Positions 9,578 through 18,505 of a stretch of 64,000 bases of DNA are shown in pieces. Each line of letters starts with the position of its first letter. Position 1 is the first letter of the stretch. The position numbers were made by a program, and so were the translations under genes. The notes beneath the pieces were generated by a model. That model was not told the origin of the DNA. It searched no databases and was given only the letters and a program-made list of their open reading frames with translations. The stretch spans positions 3,456,001 through 3,520,000 of the forward strand of contig OZ244207.1 in NCBI GenBank assembly GCA_965216875.1, given 5' to 3'. This DNA is from Rubripirellula sp. (GTDB taxonomy: Bacteria; Planctomycetota; Planctomycetia; Pirellulales; Pirellulaceae).

Positions 9578-9826
9578 TTACTCGCTGCGTGATCGGTATT
9601 CGGCGCGTTGGCGGGCGTACTCGTCCTGGCTCGGCAGCGAAGCATCAGCCGGATCGGCTTCCTGCATCAATCGCTCGAGAAACGGACGGCACCAGCCGCA
9701 CCCCGTTCCGGCACCGTAGCACTCCGAAAGTTGACTTGCGACTTTGGGTCGATTGGCCCGGATGAATTGAACGACCTTCCGTCTACTGACGTGAAAGCAG
9801 AGACACAGATCCTCGTCGTCGTTCAT
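9578..9826 (-). CDS. BFD-like (2Fe-2S)-binding protein
   Basis: 'LCLCFHVS...SECYGAGTGCGWC' CxC...CxxC pattern; 4-bp overlap with the upstream peptidase. Confidence 0.85.
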   Translation of the reverse strand: MNDDEDLCLCFHVSRRKVVQFIRANRPKVASQLSECYGAGTGCGWCRPFLERLMQEADPADASLPSQDEYARQRAEYRSRSE

Positions 9827-11001
9827 TGCGCACCCTCAGTCACCAACCAAGTCGCCACTTGGCAAGCATCCAAGTAATCTTTGATGACCAAGTATTCAAC
9901 CGCCGAGTGGATCTCGCGTTGCCCGCATCCAAGTGTGACCGCCGCGATCCCATGTCGGAAGAGCCAGTTGGCATCGAGGCCACCGTTTGCGACTTCGACA
10001 AACGGATCTCGTCCGATTTCTTTGAGCGCTACGGATGCGGCTTGGATCGACGGATGGTCTGCGTCAATGGCAAAGGCTTCGTAGTCGACATGCGACTCGA
10101 ACCGAAGACTTCCGCATTGCCCCTCGTCGTTGGTCACCGCCTTAGCGGCTCGCTCGAACGCCCCCTTCATTTCGGCGACGATGCGAGATCGCATCTCCGG
10201 ATCGCGGCTTCTTGCCTCAGCACGCAAGAGCACACTGGGGGTAATGACGTTGGTCGCGTCGCCACCTTCGATGACACCGACATTCGACGTTCCCGTTGAT
10301 CCGTCTTTGGCGACTTGGCCGAGCCATCCGCCGGCATCAAGTTCCGCAATCGCGCGCGAAGCCATGATGATGGCGCTAGCACCTTTTTCGGGGGCAACGC
10401 CAGCGTGGGAAGGAATACCTGTCAATTCAATCTCGATCCGTTCTCCCCCCGTCGCTCCGCTGGTGATTTTCTCGACCGTGCCACCGTCAAAGTTGAAGGC
10501 TCGGTCGATGTCACCCACCTTGCTGACGTCGAGGTGGCGTGCCCCTTCCAGACCAATCTCCTCTTGGATGAAAAAAGCGATCACAGCGGGCGGAAAATGC
10601 TCGTCACCCTTTCGAAGCCTCTCGATCGCCGCGGTCAGGATCGCGCTGCATCCACTTCGGTCATCGGCACCAAGGCCCGTATCGACCCCGCTTCGCACGA
10701 CGTCACCATCGACGACTGGTTGAGAGCCGACGCAAATCGGAACGGTGTCCATATGAGCCGACAACATCGTCCGCGGCCCCTGACCATTGCCCGGAAGGGT
10801 GACGATCAAGTTCCCGCAATTGCCCGAAAGCCGCGTTCGTTGCTCGGCTCCGTCAAATTGCATCTGAGAATCACCAACCCCCGCCGCTTTAAGCAACTCA
10901 ACGATTTTCTCGGCCACCGCAGCTTCATCGCCACTGCCGCCAGGTACCGCCGTCACGGTCAAAAAGCGTTCCAACGCTTCGTCTCGATTGATCTCGCCCA
11001 T
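9823..11001 (-). CDS. M20/M25/M40 metallopeptidase (peptidase T-like)
   Basis: 'SAHMDTVP', 'LGADDRSG', 'QEEIGLEGA', 'SHAGVAPEKG', 'GGLDAN', 'IHSAVE'. Confidence 0.9.
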   Translation of the reverse strand: MGEINRDEALERFLTVTAVPGGSGDEAAVAEKIVELLKAAGVGDSQMQFDGAEQRTRLSGNCGNLIVTLPGNGQGPRTMLSAHMDTVPICVGSQPVVDGDVVRSGVDTGLGADDRSGCSAILTAAIERLRKGDEHFPPAVIAFFIQEEIGLEGARHLDVSKVGDIDRAFNFDGGTVEKITSGATGGERIEIELTGIPSHAGVAPEKGASAIIMASRAIAELDAGGWLGQVAKDGSTGTSNVGVIEGGDATNVITPSVLLRAEARSRDPEMRSRIVAEMKGAFERAAKAVTNDEGQCGSLRFESHVDYEAFAIDADHPSIQAASVALKEIGRDPFVEVANGGLDANWLFRHGIAAVTLGCGQREIHSAVEYLVIKDYLDACQVATWLVTEGAQ

Positions 11002-11157
11002 CCTTTGATCCTTTGTATTTCGTCCCAGCTCGGTCTCCGCGGTCGTTTTGACCGTTTGCCGAACCGCGATTCAGGGTTAAACTTGCCAGCTTGGATGTTT
11101 GCTTCGGCCCCAACGATGGAAGGGCCATCCGTGTGATCTTGATAAAGCTGCTGTCTC

Positions 11158-12258
11158 GTGAACCTGCCGGTCGTTGATTCCGATTCCTCTGCGAATGGTT
11201 CGGAAGTGGATCCGCGCCGACACCTTCTAGATTGTACGGCAGTCGAGCTGAAGCAGTGGTTCGTTGAGCAAGGGCAACCCGGTTTTCGTGCCGGGCAAGT
11301 GCTGGAATGGGTTTACCAGAAGCGGCAATCCGATTTTCAGCAAATGAGTAATCTGCCCAAAAAGGTGCGGCAGCTTCTCGATGAACACTTTCGCATCTTT
11401 ATCGCCCAAGAAGCCGTCGCGGTGACGGCCGGCGATGGCACCGACAAGATACTTGTGCGGTTAGTCGATGGTGGTGAAGTCGAATGCGTGCTGCTGCGTG
11501 ATGGACCGCGGCGAAGCATTTGTGTCAGCAGCCAAGTGGGTTGTGCGATGGGTTGCGTCTTCTGCGCGAGCGGGCTGGATGGCGTTGACAGAAACTTGAC
11601 CCGCGGCGAAATCTTGGAGCAGATGCTCCGCTTGCAAGCACGCTTGCCCGAGGACGAACGCCTTAGTCACATCGTGATGATGGGCATGGGCGAACCGCTT
11701 GCCAACCTCGATCGCGTCCTCGCCGCACTCGACGTTGCCAGGTCCCCAACCGGACTCGGAATCAGTCCGCGTCGAATCACGATCAGTACCGTCGGTTTGC
11801 CGCCTTCGATTGATCGACTCGGAAATCAAGGCGTGCCCTACAACCTTGCTGTCAGCCTGCACGCACCAAACGACGAGCTGCGCAGCGAACTGGTGCCCGT
11901 CAATCGAAAGATTGGCATCGATGCGGTCTTGGCTGCGGCTGACCGTTACTTTGAATCAAGTGGTCGCCGGCTCACCTTCGAATATGTCTTGCTTGGCGGC
12001 GTGAACGACTCCGAGGGCCACGGCAAAGAGCTCGCGTCGGTGCTTCGACGCCGAAGCAGCGTGTTGCTTAACGTCATTCCCTACAATCCTGTCGAAGGAT
12101 TGCCCTACGAGACTCCGTCACCCGAATCGGTCAAACGGTTTCGCGAGATCCTGGAAACCGGCGGCATCAACGTCAAGTTTCGACAACGCAAAGGTGACGA
12201 AATCGACGCGGCCTGCGGCCAACTGCGCCGCAAACGTGGCAACTCAACCTGCAATTAG
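11158..12258 (+). CDS. rlmN: 23S rRNA m2A2503 / tRNA A37 methyltransferase RlmN
   Basis: Radical-SAM 'CVSSQVGCAMGCVFC', 'MGMGEP', 'SLHAPND', 'FEYVLL', 'IDAACGQL'. Confidence 0.96.
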   Translation: MNLPVVDSDSSANGSEVDPRRHLLDCTAVELKQWFVEQGQPGFRAGQVLEWVYQKRQSDFQQMSNLPKKVRQLLDEHFRIFIAQEAVAVTAGDGTDKILVRLVDGGEVECVLLRDGPRRSICVSSQVGCAMGCVFCASGLDGVDRNLTRGEILEQMLRLQARLPEDERLSHIVMMGMGEPLANLDRVLAALDVARSPTGLGISPRRITISTVGLPPSIDRLGNQGVPYNLAVSLHAPNDELRSELVPVNRKIGIDAVLAAADRYFESSGRRLTFEYVLLGGVNDSEGHGKELASVLRRRSSVLLNVIPYNPVEGLPYETPSPESVKRFREILETGGINVKFRQRKGDEIDAACGQLRRKRGNSTCN

Positions 12259-12291
12259 CTCCCGCCGTAGCGACGCCGAAAGCAGCAGCTT

Positions 12292-13887
12292 CTAGAGCGG
12301 GAACTCTTCGATTTCGCCGTAGAGTGGCATGTAGCGGTAATACACTTCCAGGATCATCGCGCACATTGCCGTCGTGTAGAGTCGACCGCCGACGTCGCCC
12401 CAACGGTCTTTGAAGTGCCAACTACCGCGTTCATGTCCCGTCTTGGCCTGTTTATCAACAAGGAAGTCGCGTAGCTGGGAATTCCAGTCGTCCCAGTAAG
12501 GGTGCTGGGTGTGGTGCAACGCGAGTGTCGCGTAGTAGTCGTGGTAGACGTTGGTGAACTTTGGCCCGCGCGCCGCCATGTCGGTGATCGCGTTGAAGAA
12601 CGGAGTGTAGTGAGGCGATTCACCCAGGTAGAGCAAGAGCGTCAGCCCGATCGCAGTGGTCGTGTCTTCACCTGGCGGATGCTGGTAGCCGAACGAGTAC
12701 TCGTCCTTTTCTGATGTCGAAAGAATGAAGTCTCGCGCATTGTGCAGCGTGTATGTCTTCATCGGCGCGTCGCTTCGCTTGGCGGCGACTAGCGACAATA
12801 CCTGCCAACCGGTGAGGGTGGTGTCGCCAGGGCTTCCAGGAACGTAGCCCCAGGATCCATTGTTGTGTTGGGCCACGGCCGTAAACCAAGCTGCGCGGTG
12901 CACAAGATCAACCAGATCGCGATCTTGCTTCTCGCCGTCGCTCGTCATCGCCAACGCCTCGGCCAAGGCCATCACAGCGATCCCATGCCCGTACATGCTG
13001 CCGCGTTGGAAATCGTATCCCGCTTCGGTTTCACCTGCTGCGGCGCGCAGGTAATAGATCCCCCGTCGAACCGTTTCCTGATACGGTCCGGCTTTGTGAT
13101 GTGTGTGTCCAGCCCCAAGGAACGCCAACAACGCCAAGCCGGTCGCACCGGTCACAGGCGTGGGAGTGTCGCCCGTTTTCTTACTGTGGCGGCAGCGCCC
13201 GTTGCAGGGCTCGAGATTCAGATTGAAAGACCAACTGCCGTTGGGTTGCTGGTGATCGGCGAGCCAACGTAGCGCTTCGTCGACCGCCTTTTCACTCTCA
13301 ATCGTTGCGCCATGTTTGCGGCCATACTTCTTGCGTCCTTCCGCCGTGCGTCCTTCGAGCCCGCCCTTCGGTAGGCGAAACTGATTGGGCTTGGCCTGGT
13401 CGCCTCCGCCCGCCTTGAGCATGGCGATCGTTGCTGGCGAGAGCGTGCTGTTCTGGGGCTGATCCAGCGGCGATGTCACCTCGCTGGAAACCAACGGATT
13501 GAGTGCGACCTGAACAGGCAGCGGCGCCAACGAAGTATCGTCTGATTCGGGCTGCAATTGGTCTGCCGCATCAAGCGACAACGTGTTACTTGGCTCGCCG
13601 CGACGACCTTGCAGATGGCTGCCCGATTCCCCGCGTCCCTGATAAGAAAACAACGCGAGGATGACAAACAAAATCGTGTGAACGATTAAGCTGACCAAAC
13701 CAGCCGGCACACGTTCGCCTTTGCGAAAACGGCCTGCACGTTTTTCGGGCGGAGGGTCCGATTGTGCGGAAGCTGATGCCCGATTGCCGGGCATATCCCC
13801 AGTCGCCACCGAAGCCGGACTTGCCGACGGCGTCGCTGCAGCAGTCGACGGTGGGATCGTTCCGGTCATTTCAGATTTACGGGCCAC
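12292..13887 (-). CDS. Membrane-anchored prenyltransferase/squalene-oxidase repeat protein (alpha/alpha barrel)
   Basis: N-terminal TM 'SLIVHTILFVILALF'; QW-like repeats 'WLADHQQPNGSW' and 'AQHNNGSWGY'; C-terminal 'GGRLYTTAMCAMILEVYYRYMPLY'. Confidence 0.8.
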   Translation of the reverse strand: MARKSEMTGTIPPSTAAATPSASPASVATGDMPGNRASASAQSDPPPEKRAGRFRKGERVPAGLVSLIVHTILFVILALFSYQGRGESGSHLQGRRGEPSNTLSLDAADQLQPESDDTSLAPLPVQVALNPLVSSEVTSPLDQPQNSTLSPATIAMLKAGGGDQAKPNQFRLPKGGLEGRTAEGRKKYGRKHGATIESEKAVDEALRWLADHQQPNGSWSFNLNLEPCNGRCRHSKKTGDTPTPVTGATGLALLAFLGAGHTHHKAGPYQETVRRGIYYLRAAAGETEAGYDFQRGSMYGHGIAVMALAEALAMTSDGEKQDRDLVDLVHRAAWFTAVAQHNNGSWGYVPGSPGDTTLTGWQVLSLVAAKRSDAPMKTYTLHNARDFILSTSEKDEYSFGYQHPPGEDTTTAIGLTLLLYLGESPHYTPFFNAITDMAARGPKFTNVYHDYYATLALHHTQHPYWDDWNSQLRDFLVDKQAKTGHERGSWHFKDRWGDVGGRLYTTAMCAMILEVYYRYMPLYGEIEEFPL

Positions 13888-13979
13888 ATCGAGGTCTCTT
13901 CTAACTCTCGACTATAGCTCGCAGAAGCCCTAAACGCCCGGAATTGCTGACGATGCCGCCTTCTTGCGGCCAAATTCCA

Positions 13980-15272
13980 CTAGGCGAGCAACGCCTCGAT
14001 CGGGTCGCCATCGCCACCGATTTTGAAGGGGCGTCCATTCGGAGCAAAACGCTCTTTGTCCAGCGGCAATCCAGCGGCTGCGGCGATCGTCCGATTGAAA
14101 TCGGCGACCGACACACCGTCCTTGGACACGTAAGTACCGGTCGGATCCGATTCGCCGTAAACCTGGCCGCCTTTGATTCCTGCTCCGGCCAAGAGACTGC
14201 AGAACGCACCAGGATGATGATCGCGTCCGCCGTTGACGTTCAATTTAGGTTTGCGCCCAAACTCGGTGGTCAGTACCACCAGGGTTTCATCGAGCAAACC
14301 GTTGGCGTGCAGGTCACGAAGCAGATTACCGAGCGCGTTGTCGAGATTTGTCGCACGTTCATCAAGTCGCGAGTAGATCTCTTGGTGCATGTCCCAGCCA
14401 CCGTAGGTCACCTCGACAAACCGCGCACCACTCTGGACTAATCGTCGGGCCAACAAACAGGCCTGGCCGATCTGGCTCTTCCCATACGCATCAAGAATTT
14501 CCTTCTTCTCTTCCTTGATGTTGAACACCTTCAAGTGTTCGCTTCCCATCAAACGTTTGGCTTCACCGTAAAGCTGGTTGTAAGCTTCAACGCGATTGTT
14601 CTTTCGGGTCGCTTGAAAGGCTTCATCAAACTTGGTCGCCAAGTACAAACGCCGATCGAACAATTCAGGCGGCAGGTATTTTGGCAGCTTGGTGTTCTTG
14701 AGGCCTGAACCGGCATTCGCGATCGGCACCGGCGAAAGCGACGGCTCCAAGAAACCAGCCCCCGGGTGTCGGTTGCTGGCACCAATCAAAAAGTTGCCGG
14801 GCAGCTCTTTGTTCTTACGTCCTTTCTCGGAAACCATCCAAGCGCCCAACGCAGGATGCTCGATGCTATTGAGCTTCTTATAGGAAGTACGCATTAGGTA
14901 CTTCCCTTTGTCGTGTGCGCCGGTCTCGGTGCTCAACGATCGCACCACCGAGATCGCACCAGCCAAATAGGCGAGTTTGGGGAACCGGTCGCCGTACTGA
15001 ACGCCAGCCACACGGGTCTGAATCGGCTTCGTTTCCCCCGCCTCTTCGACACCCACCTTGGGATCAAAGGTATCGAGATGAGTCATAGCGCCATCCATGA
15101 ACAGGTAGATGACGTGTTTCGCTTTTCCACTCGGCGGAGCCGCAATGACCTCGGCATCGCCGAACAGGCCGCCAGATGCAATCGATCCCGCAAAGCTCAC
15201 GCCCAGCGTTTTATGGGCAACCGATTTCATGAAGTCGCGACGATCTTCGCCACTGAATTCAGGTCGTGCCAT
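13980..15272 (-). CDS. DUF1501 domain protein (Tat-exported, sulfatase-like fold)
   Basis: 'RRDFMK' Tat motif; 'AKHVIYLFMDGAMTHLDTFDPK', 'CLLARRLVQSGARFV', 'GWDMH', 'TEFGRKP', 'GRDHHP'. Confidence 0.92.
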   Translation of the reverse strand: MARPEFSGEDRRDFMKSVAHKTLGVSFAGSIASGGLFGDAEVIAAPPSGKAKHVIYLFMDGAMTHLDTFDPKVGVEEAGETKPIQTRVAGVQYGDRFPKLAYLAGAISVVRSLSTETGAHDKGKYLMRTSYKKLNSIEHPALGAWMVSEKGRKNKELPGNFLIGASNRHPGAGFLEPSLSPVPIANAGSGLKNTKLPKYLPPELFDRRLYLATKFDEAFQATRKNNRVEAYNQLYGEAKRLMGSEHLKVFNIKEEKKEILDAYGKSQIGQACLLARRLVQSGARFVEVTYGGWDMHQEIYSRLDERATNLDNALGNLLRDLHANGLLDETLVVLTTEFGRKPKLNVNGGRDHHPGAFCSLLAGAGIKGGQVYGESDPTGTYVSKDGVSVADFNRTIAAAAGLPLDKERFAPNGRPFKIGGDGDPIEALLA

Positions 15273-15337
15273 GGTGGATATTCTCCGGAAAAGTCTTGGT
15301 TGATTGAGGAGTGTTTGGTGTGGTGGCTTGGTCAGCA

Positions 15338-17302
15338 CTACTGAACGAACAGGAATTCTCGTGTGTTCAAGAGTGCCCAAATGATGTTGCCGTAGCCAAC
15401 GTTGTCATTTTTGGTTCTCGACAATTCACCACCGGCGGTCCGACGGTCTGCATTGGTTGGCATGCGAGTCAGAACGCTGATAAAGATCGCGTCGATTCGG
15501 TCCCTCGTTTTGTCGATCGCCAGCACATTATCGACGATCGCTGACCCTGCTTCGAGCATCACGTGTGTGATTGGACCATTGAACATCGCCAAGATCTGAG
15601 GCACCGTCGCGTCTTGCTGTGATGCATTGATCGTTTCACGATTCCCTTGCCCAAACTGACGCAAGAAGTGCTCGGCGGGGACCGGTGTTGGCAACTCACT
15701 AGCACGGCAAAGGATATTGCCCTGATACGCATGTTTGTTCAACGATCGCTTGTAGGCGTTCATGAAAAAGGTTTCGCCAAAGCGTTCCGACTTTTGTTTG
15801 ACGGAACCAAAGTTCGCCGTGCCAAAATTGAGATTCACGATGGGCGACATCTCTGCAGCAGTCGGACGCTCGAAGGGAAGCGGATTGTGTACCGCGAGCG
15901 TCAAGATCGAATCCCAAACCTGTTCGGCTGTCATGCGGCGTACGACTGGACCGGGGAAGTAATACTCTTCCCCACTGGTGATGTCGTAATCGCTCGCCGC
16001 TCGTTGGTAAGTGTCGCTGTAAAGGATCGCGCGACACAGTTCTTTCATGTCAAAATCAAAGCGGATCAATTCACGACAAAGGACCTCCATGAGTTGGTCG
16101 TTAACGCAAGGATGTTCGTCGCGAAAATCGTCTATCGGCTCGACCATGCCGACGCCAAGAAAACGTTTCCACAGTCGATTGACGATCGTTTTACTGAACT
16201 GTTCGTTCTCGGGACTCGTCACCCATGATGCAAATTGCTCACGCGGTGTCGCGTCTTGGGCCGATGTGGGCACGTCCCCCCAAAGCACAGCCGGCTTCAC
16301 GACCTCTTTGGGCTTTGCATCCTCGTAGGCATAGTCGTGAGGCAAACGCATGGTCGCCTTCACTTCGCTAACACTGTAGGTGTTGGCCCGTGCGATACGT
16401 TGGAATTGGCCGGGGACGCGGCCGTTGGGATAGTGCTTGCGAGCCTCATTGATCAACAGGTTGGCAGGATTCTGTTTCTTGTAGCCAGGTGATCCGCGTT
16501 GAATCCGCGTGCGCGTTCCCGCGGTGAATGCGGCGAGCTCGTAAAACTGATACTGAGTCCAAACGTCAAACGGATGATCGTGGCATTGAGCGCAACCGAT
16601 CTGCGTGCCCAAAAAGACACGAACGGTGTTGTCGATGTAGGGCAGGGGCATGCCGTCATCACGAAGCTGAAACCCGACGGCGGGGTTCTCCCAAGTCTTG
16701 CCGTCCGCGGTCAACATTTCGTAGACGAATTCGTTGTACCGCTTGTTCACCCGAATCGAATCCTTCACGTAGGCCATGAACGGATCGGCGATGATGTTGG
16801 GCTGAGGACGTTCGACCAGACGCAGGGTGTCCGCCCAAAAGTTGTACATGTTGGAGACATAATCGGGGCTGCTTAGCAACTTGTCGATCAAGTCATCTCG
16901 CCGGTCGGGCTCATCCGACTCGAGGAATTCTTTTGCCTCGGCGAGCGTTGGAATGCGTCCGGCAACATCGAGGTAAATCCGTCGCAAAAAGACCTCGTCA
17001 CTCGCGATCTCATTGGTGTTGACGCTCTTTTCAATCAACTTCCGCTCAACTGCCGAATCGATGCTGCTGGCGATCGACCGAACCCGCGAACGCGAATTGG
17101 GATTCACCGGCGCGACCTTCATGTCCACGGTCGTCTTTTGACGGACACTCTCGGGAAGGTTGATTTTGACTGGTTTAGCGGGCTGAGACTGCCGACGCCG
17201 TTGTGCCGTCGCCGTGCTTGCGTCCAATCCGCAAAACAAAGTCACTGCGGCCACACACAAGACAAGATGTTGGTTTGGCAACCGATTGACCATGGAATCC
17301 AT
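15338..17302 (-). CDS. DUF1549/DUF1553 (PSD1/PSCyt2-type) protein
   Basis: 'FLRRIYLDVAGRIPT', 'CAQCHDHPFD', 'VNRLWKRFLGVGMVEPIDD', 'RRMTAEQVWDS', 'WALLNTREF'. The start is uncertain (17302 or 17293). Confidence 0.9.
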   Translation of the reverse strand: MDSMVNRLPNQHLVLCVAAVTLFCGLDASTATAQRRRQSQPAKPVKINLPESVRQKTTVDMKVAPVNPNSRSRVRSIASSIDSAVERKLIEKSVNTNEIASDEVFLRRIYLDVAGRIPTLAEAKEFLESDEPDRRDDLIDKLLSSPDYVSNMYNFWADTLRLVERPQPNIIADPFMAYVKDSIRVNKRYNEFVYEMLTADGKTWENPAVGFQLRDDGMPLPYIDNTVRVFLGTQIGCAQCHDHPFDVWTQYQFYELAAFTAGTRTRIQRGSPGYKKQNPANLLINEARKHYPNGRVPGQFQRIARANTYSVSEVKATMRLPHDYAYEDAKPKEVVKPAVLWGDVPTSAQDATPREQFASWVTSPENEQFSKTIVNRLWKRFLGVGMVEPIDDFRDEHPCVNDQLMEVLCRELIRFDFDMKELCRAILYSDTYQRAASDYDITSGEEYYFPGPVVRRMTAEQVWDSILTLAVHNPLPFERPTAAEMSPIVNLNFGTANFGSVKQKSERFGETFFMNAYKRSLNKHAYQGNILCRASELPTPVPAEHFLRQFGQGNRETINASQQDATVPQILAMFNGPITHVMLEAGSAIVDNVLAIDKTRDRIDAIFISVLTRMPTNADRRTAGGELSRTKNDNVGYGNIIWALLNTREFLFVQ

Positions 17303-17586
17303 TACATCCGAATCGAGGCAGGAGAGAGAAGTGCGGGGAACCCCTATCATAGTCGATTGGCAGCCTTCCGCCGTCCGCGGAGGGTGGTGACCACTAGGGT
17401 GAAGCTCCACCGATTGAGACACCGATCGGATCAATCCTGTTCCGACGATTTTTCAGGCGTTGGAGGCGCGCAGCATTTCCCCGTTTGCGTTAAAAACGCG
17501 ATTGCAGCGTGATTGAACTCAACGATTTGCCTGGGTTCGGTAGAAGAATTCCGTCAAACCGCCCCCCACAGAAGAACCACTCGAGC

Positions 17587-18408
17587 ATGCCACACTCAAA
17601 TCCCTTCACTCTCCAGGGGCACCGCGCGCTGATCACCGGCGGCACACAAGGTGTCGGTGCTGCGATCGCCATCAGCGTTGCCAACGCAGGTGCCGACGTC
17701 CTGCTCCTTGGGCTCCACGAGGATGAAGCGGCCGCCGAAACGCTCGCTCGATGCAGGGCATGTGGAGTGACCGCCGAAATGATCACCGCCGACCTATCGC
17801 AAGCCCCGGAAGACTACATCGATGCCCTCGTTGATGAAGTCGAGCAAGCGATGCCATCCATCGACCTGCTGGTCAACAACGCTGGAACTTACATCGACCA
17901 ACCGTTCTTGGAGATGGATTTCAGTCGGTACCACAGGACGATGAATCTGAATGTGGCATCAGGGTTCTTCCTAACTCAAGCGTTGGCGCGTCAATGGGTC
18001 TCGAACAACGTCGCTGGTCGCGTCGTTTTCACCGGCTCCATCAACGGCGTCTTGGCAGAACCTGATCATGCCGCATACGACACAAGCAAGGGTGCCGTGG
18101 CCGCCATGGTGCGAACACTCTGCGTCAGCCTTGCCCCACACGACATCCGCGTCAACGCGATGGCTCCAGGATTGGTTCGAACACCGCTGACCAGCGTGCT
18201 TGACCAAGACGAACGCCTCGACAGCTGGATGAAACTCCACACACCCAACGGAAAGGTCCCGGGTCCTGAAGTTTGTGGTGATGCCGTCGTGTTCTTGCTA
18301 TCCGACGCCGCCAAGCATATCCAAGGTCAGACGCTGCTAGTGGACGGGGGCATGAGCGTATGGCAGCAACCCGACGTTCCCGACACCTGGCAGAAACCTG
18401 GCGTGTGA
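17587..18408 (+). CDS. SDR family NAD(P)-dependent oxidoreductase
   Basis: TGGTQGVG, LVNNAG, YDTSK (YxxxK), IRVNAMAPG, LVDGG. Confidence 0.92.
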   Translation: MPHSNPFTLQGHRALITGGTQGVGAAIAISVANAGADVLLLGLHEDEAAAETLARCRACGVTAEMITADLSQAPEDYIDALVDEVEQAMPSIDLLVNNAGTYIDQPFLEMDFSRYHRTMNLNVASGFFLTQALARQWVSNNVAGRVVFTGSINGVLAEPDHAAYDTSKGAVAAMVRTLCVSLAPHDIRVNAMAPGLVRTPLTSVLDQDERLDSWMKLHTPNGKVPGPEVCGDAVVFLLSDAAKHIQGQTLLVDGGMSVWQQPDVPDTWQKPGV

Positions 18409-18498
18409 GACTCAACAGATGGGAGGGTGAGACTCAACAGATGGGAGGGTGAGGCTCCCGCCGAACCGAGCGCGGCTCCGCAGGAGCGTCGCCCTCCC
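18405..18498. repeat. 22-bp direct duplication fused to a GGAG-type REP doublet (family D)
   Basis: GTGAGACTCAACAGATGGGAGG x2, then GGGAGGGTGAGGCTCCCGCCGAACC...GGCTCCGCAGGAGCGTCGCCCTCCC; between convergent genes. Confidence 0.75.
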
Positions 18499-18505
18499 GT
18501 GAAAC

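Noticed and set aside
8565..9719. 384-aa plus-strand ORF, and the 84-aa N-terminal extension of the methyltransferase ORF
   Set aside because: The first is an Arg/Pro-rich antisense shadow; the extension crosses intergenic repeats and overlaps the BFD-like gene.
12292..13887. Squalene-hopene cyclase / terpene biosynthetic cluster
   Set aside because: It has QW-like repeats but no DXDD catalytic motif, only one barrel and an N-terminal TM, and there are no isoprenoid genes nearby.
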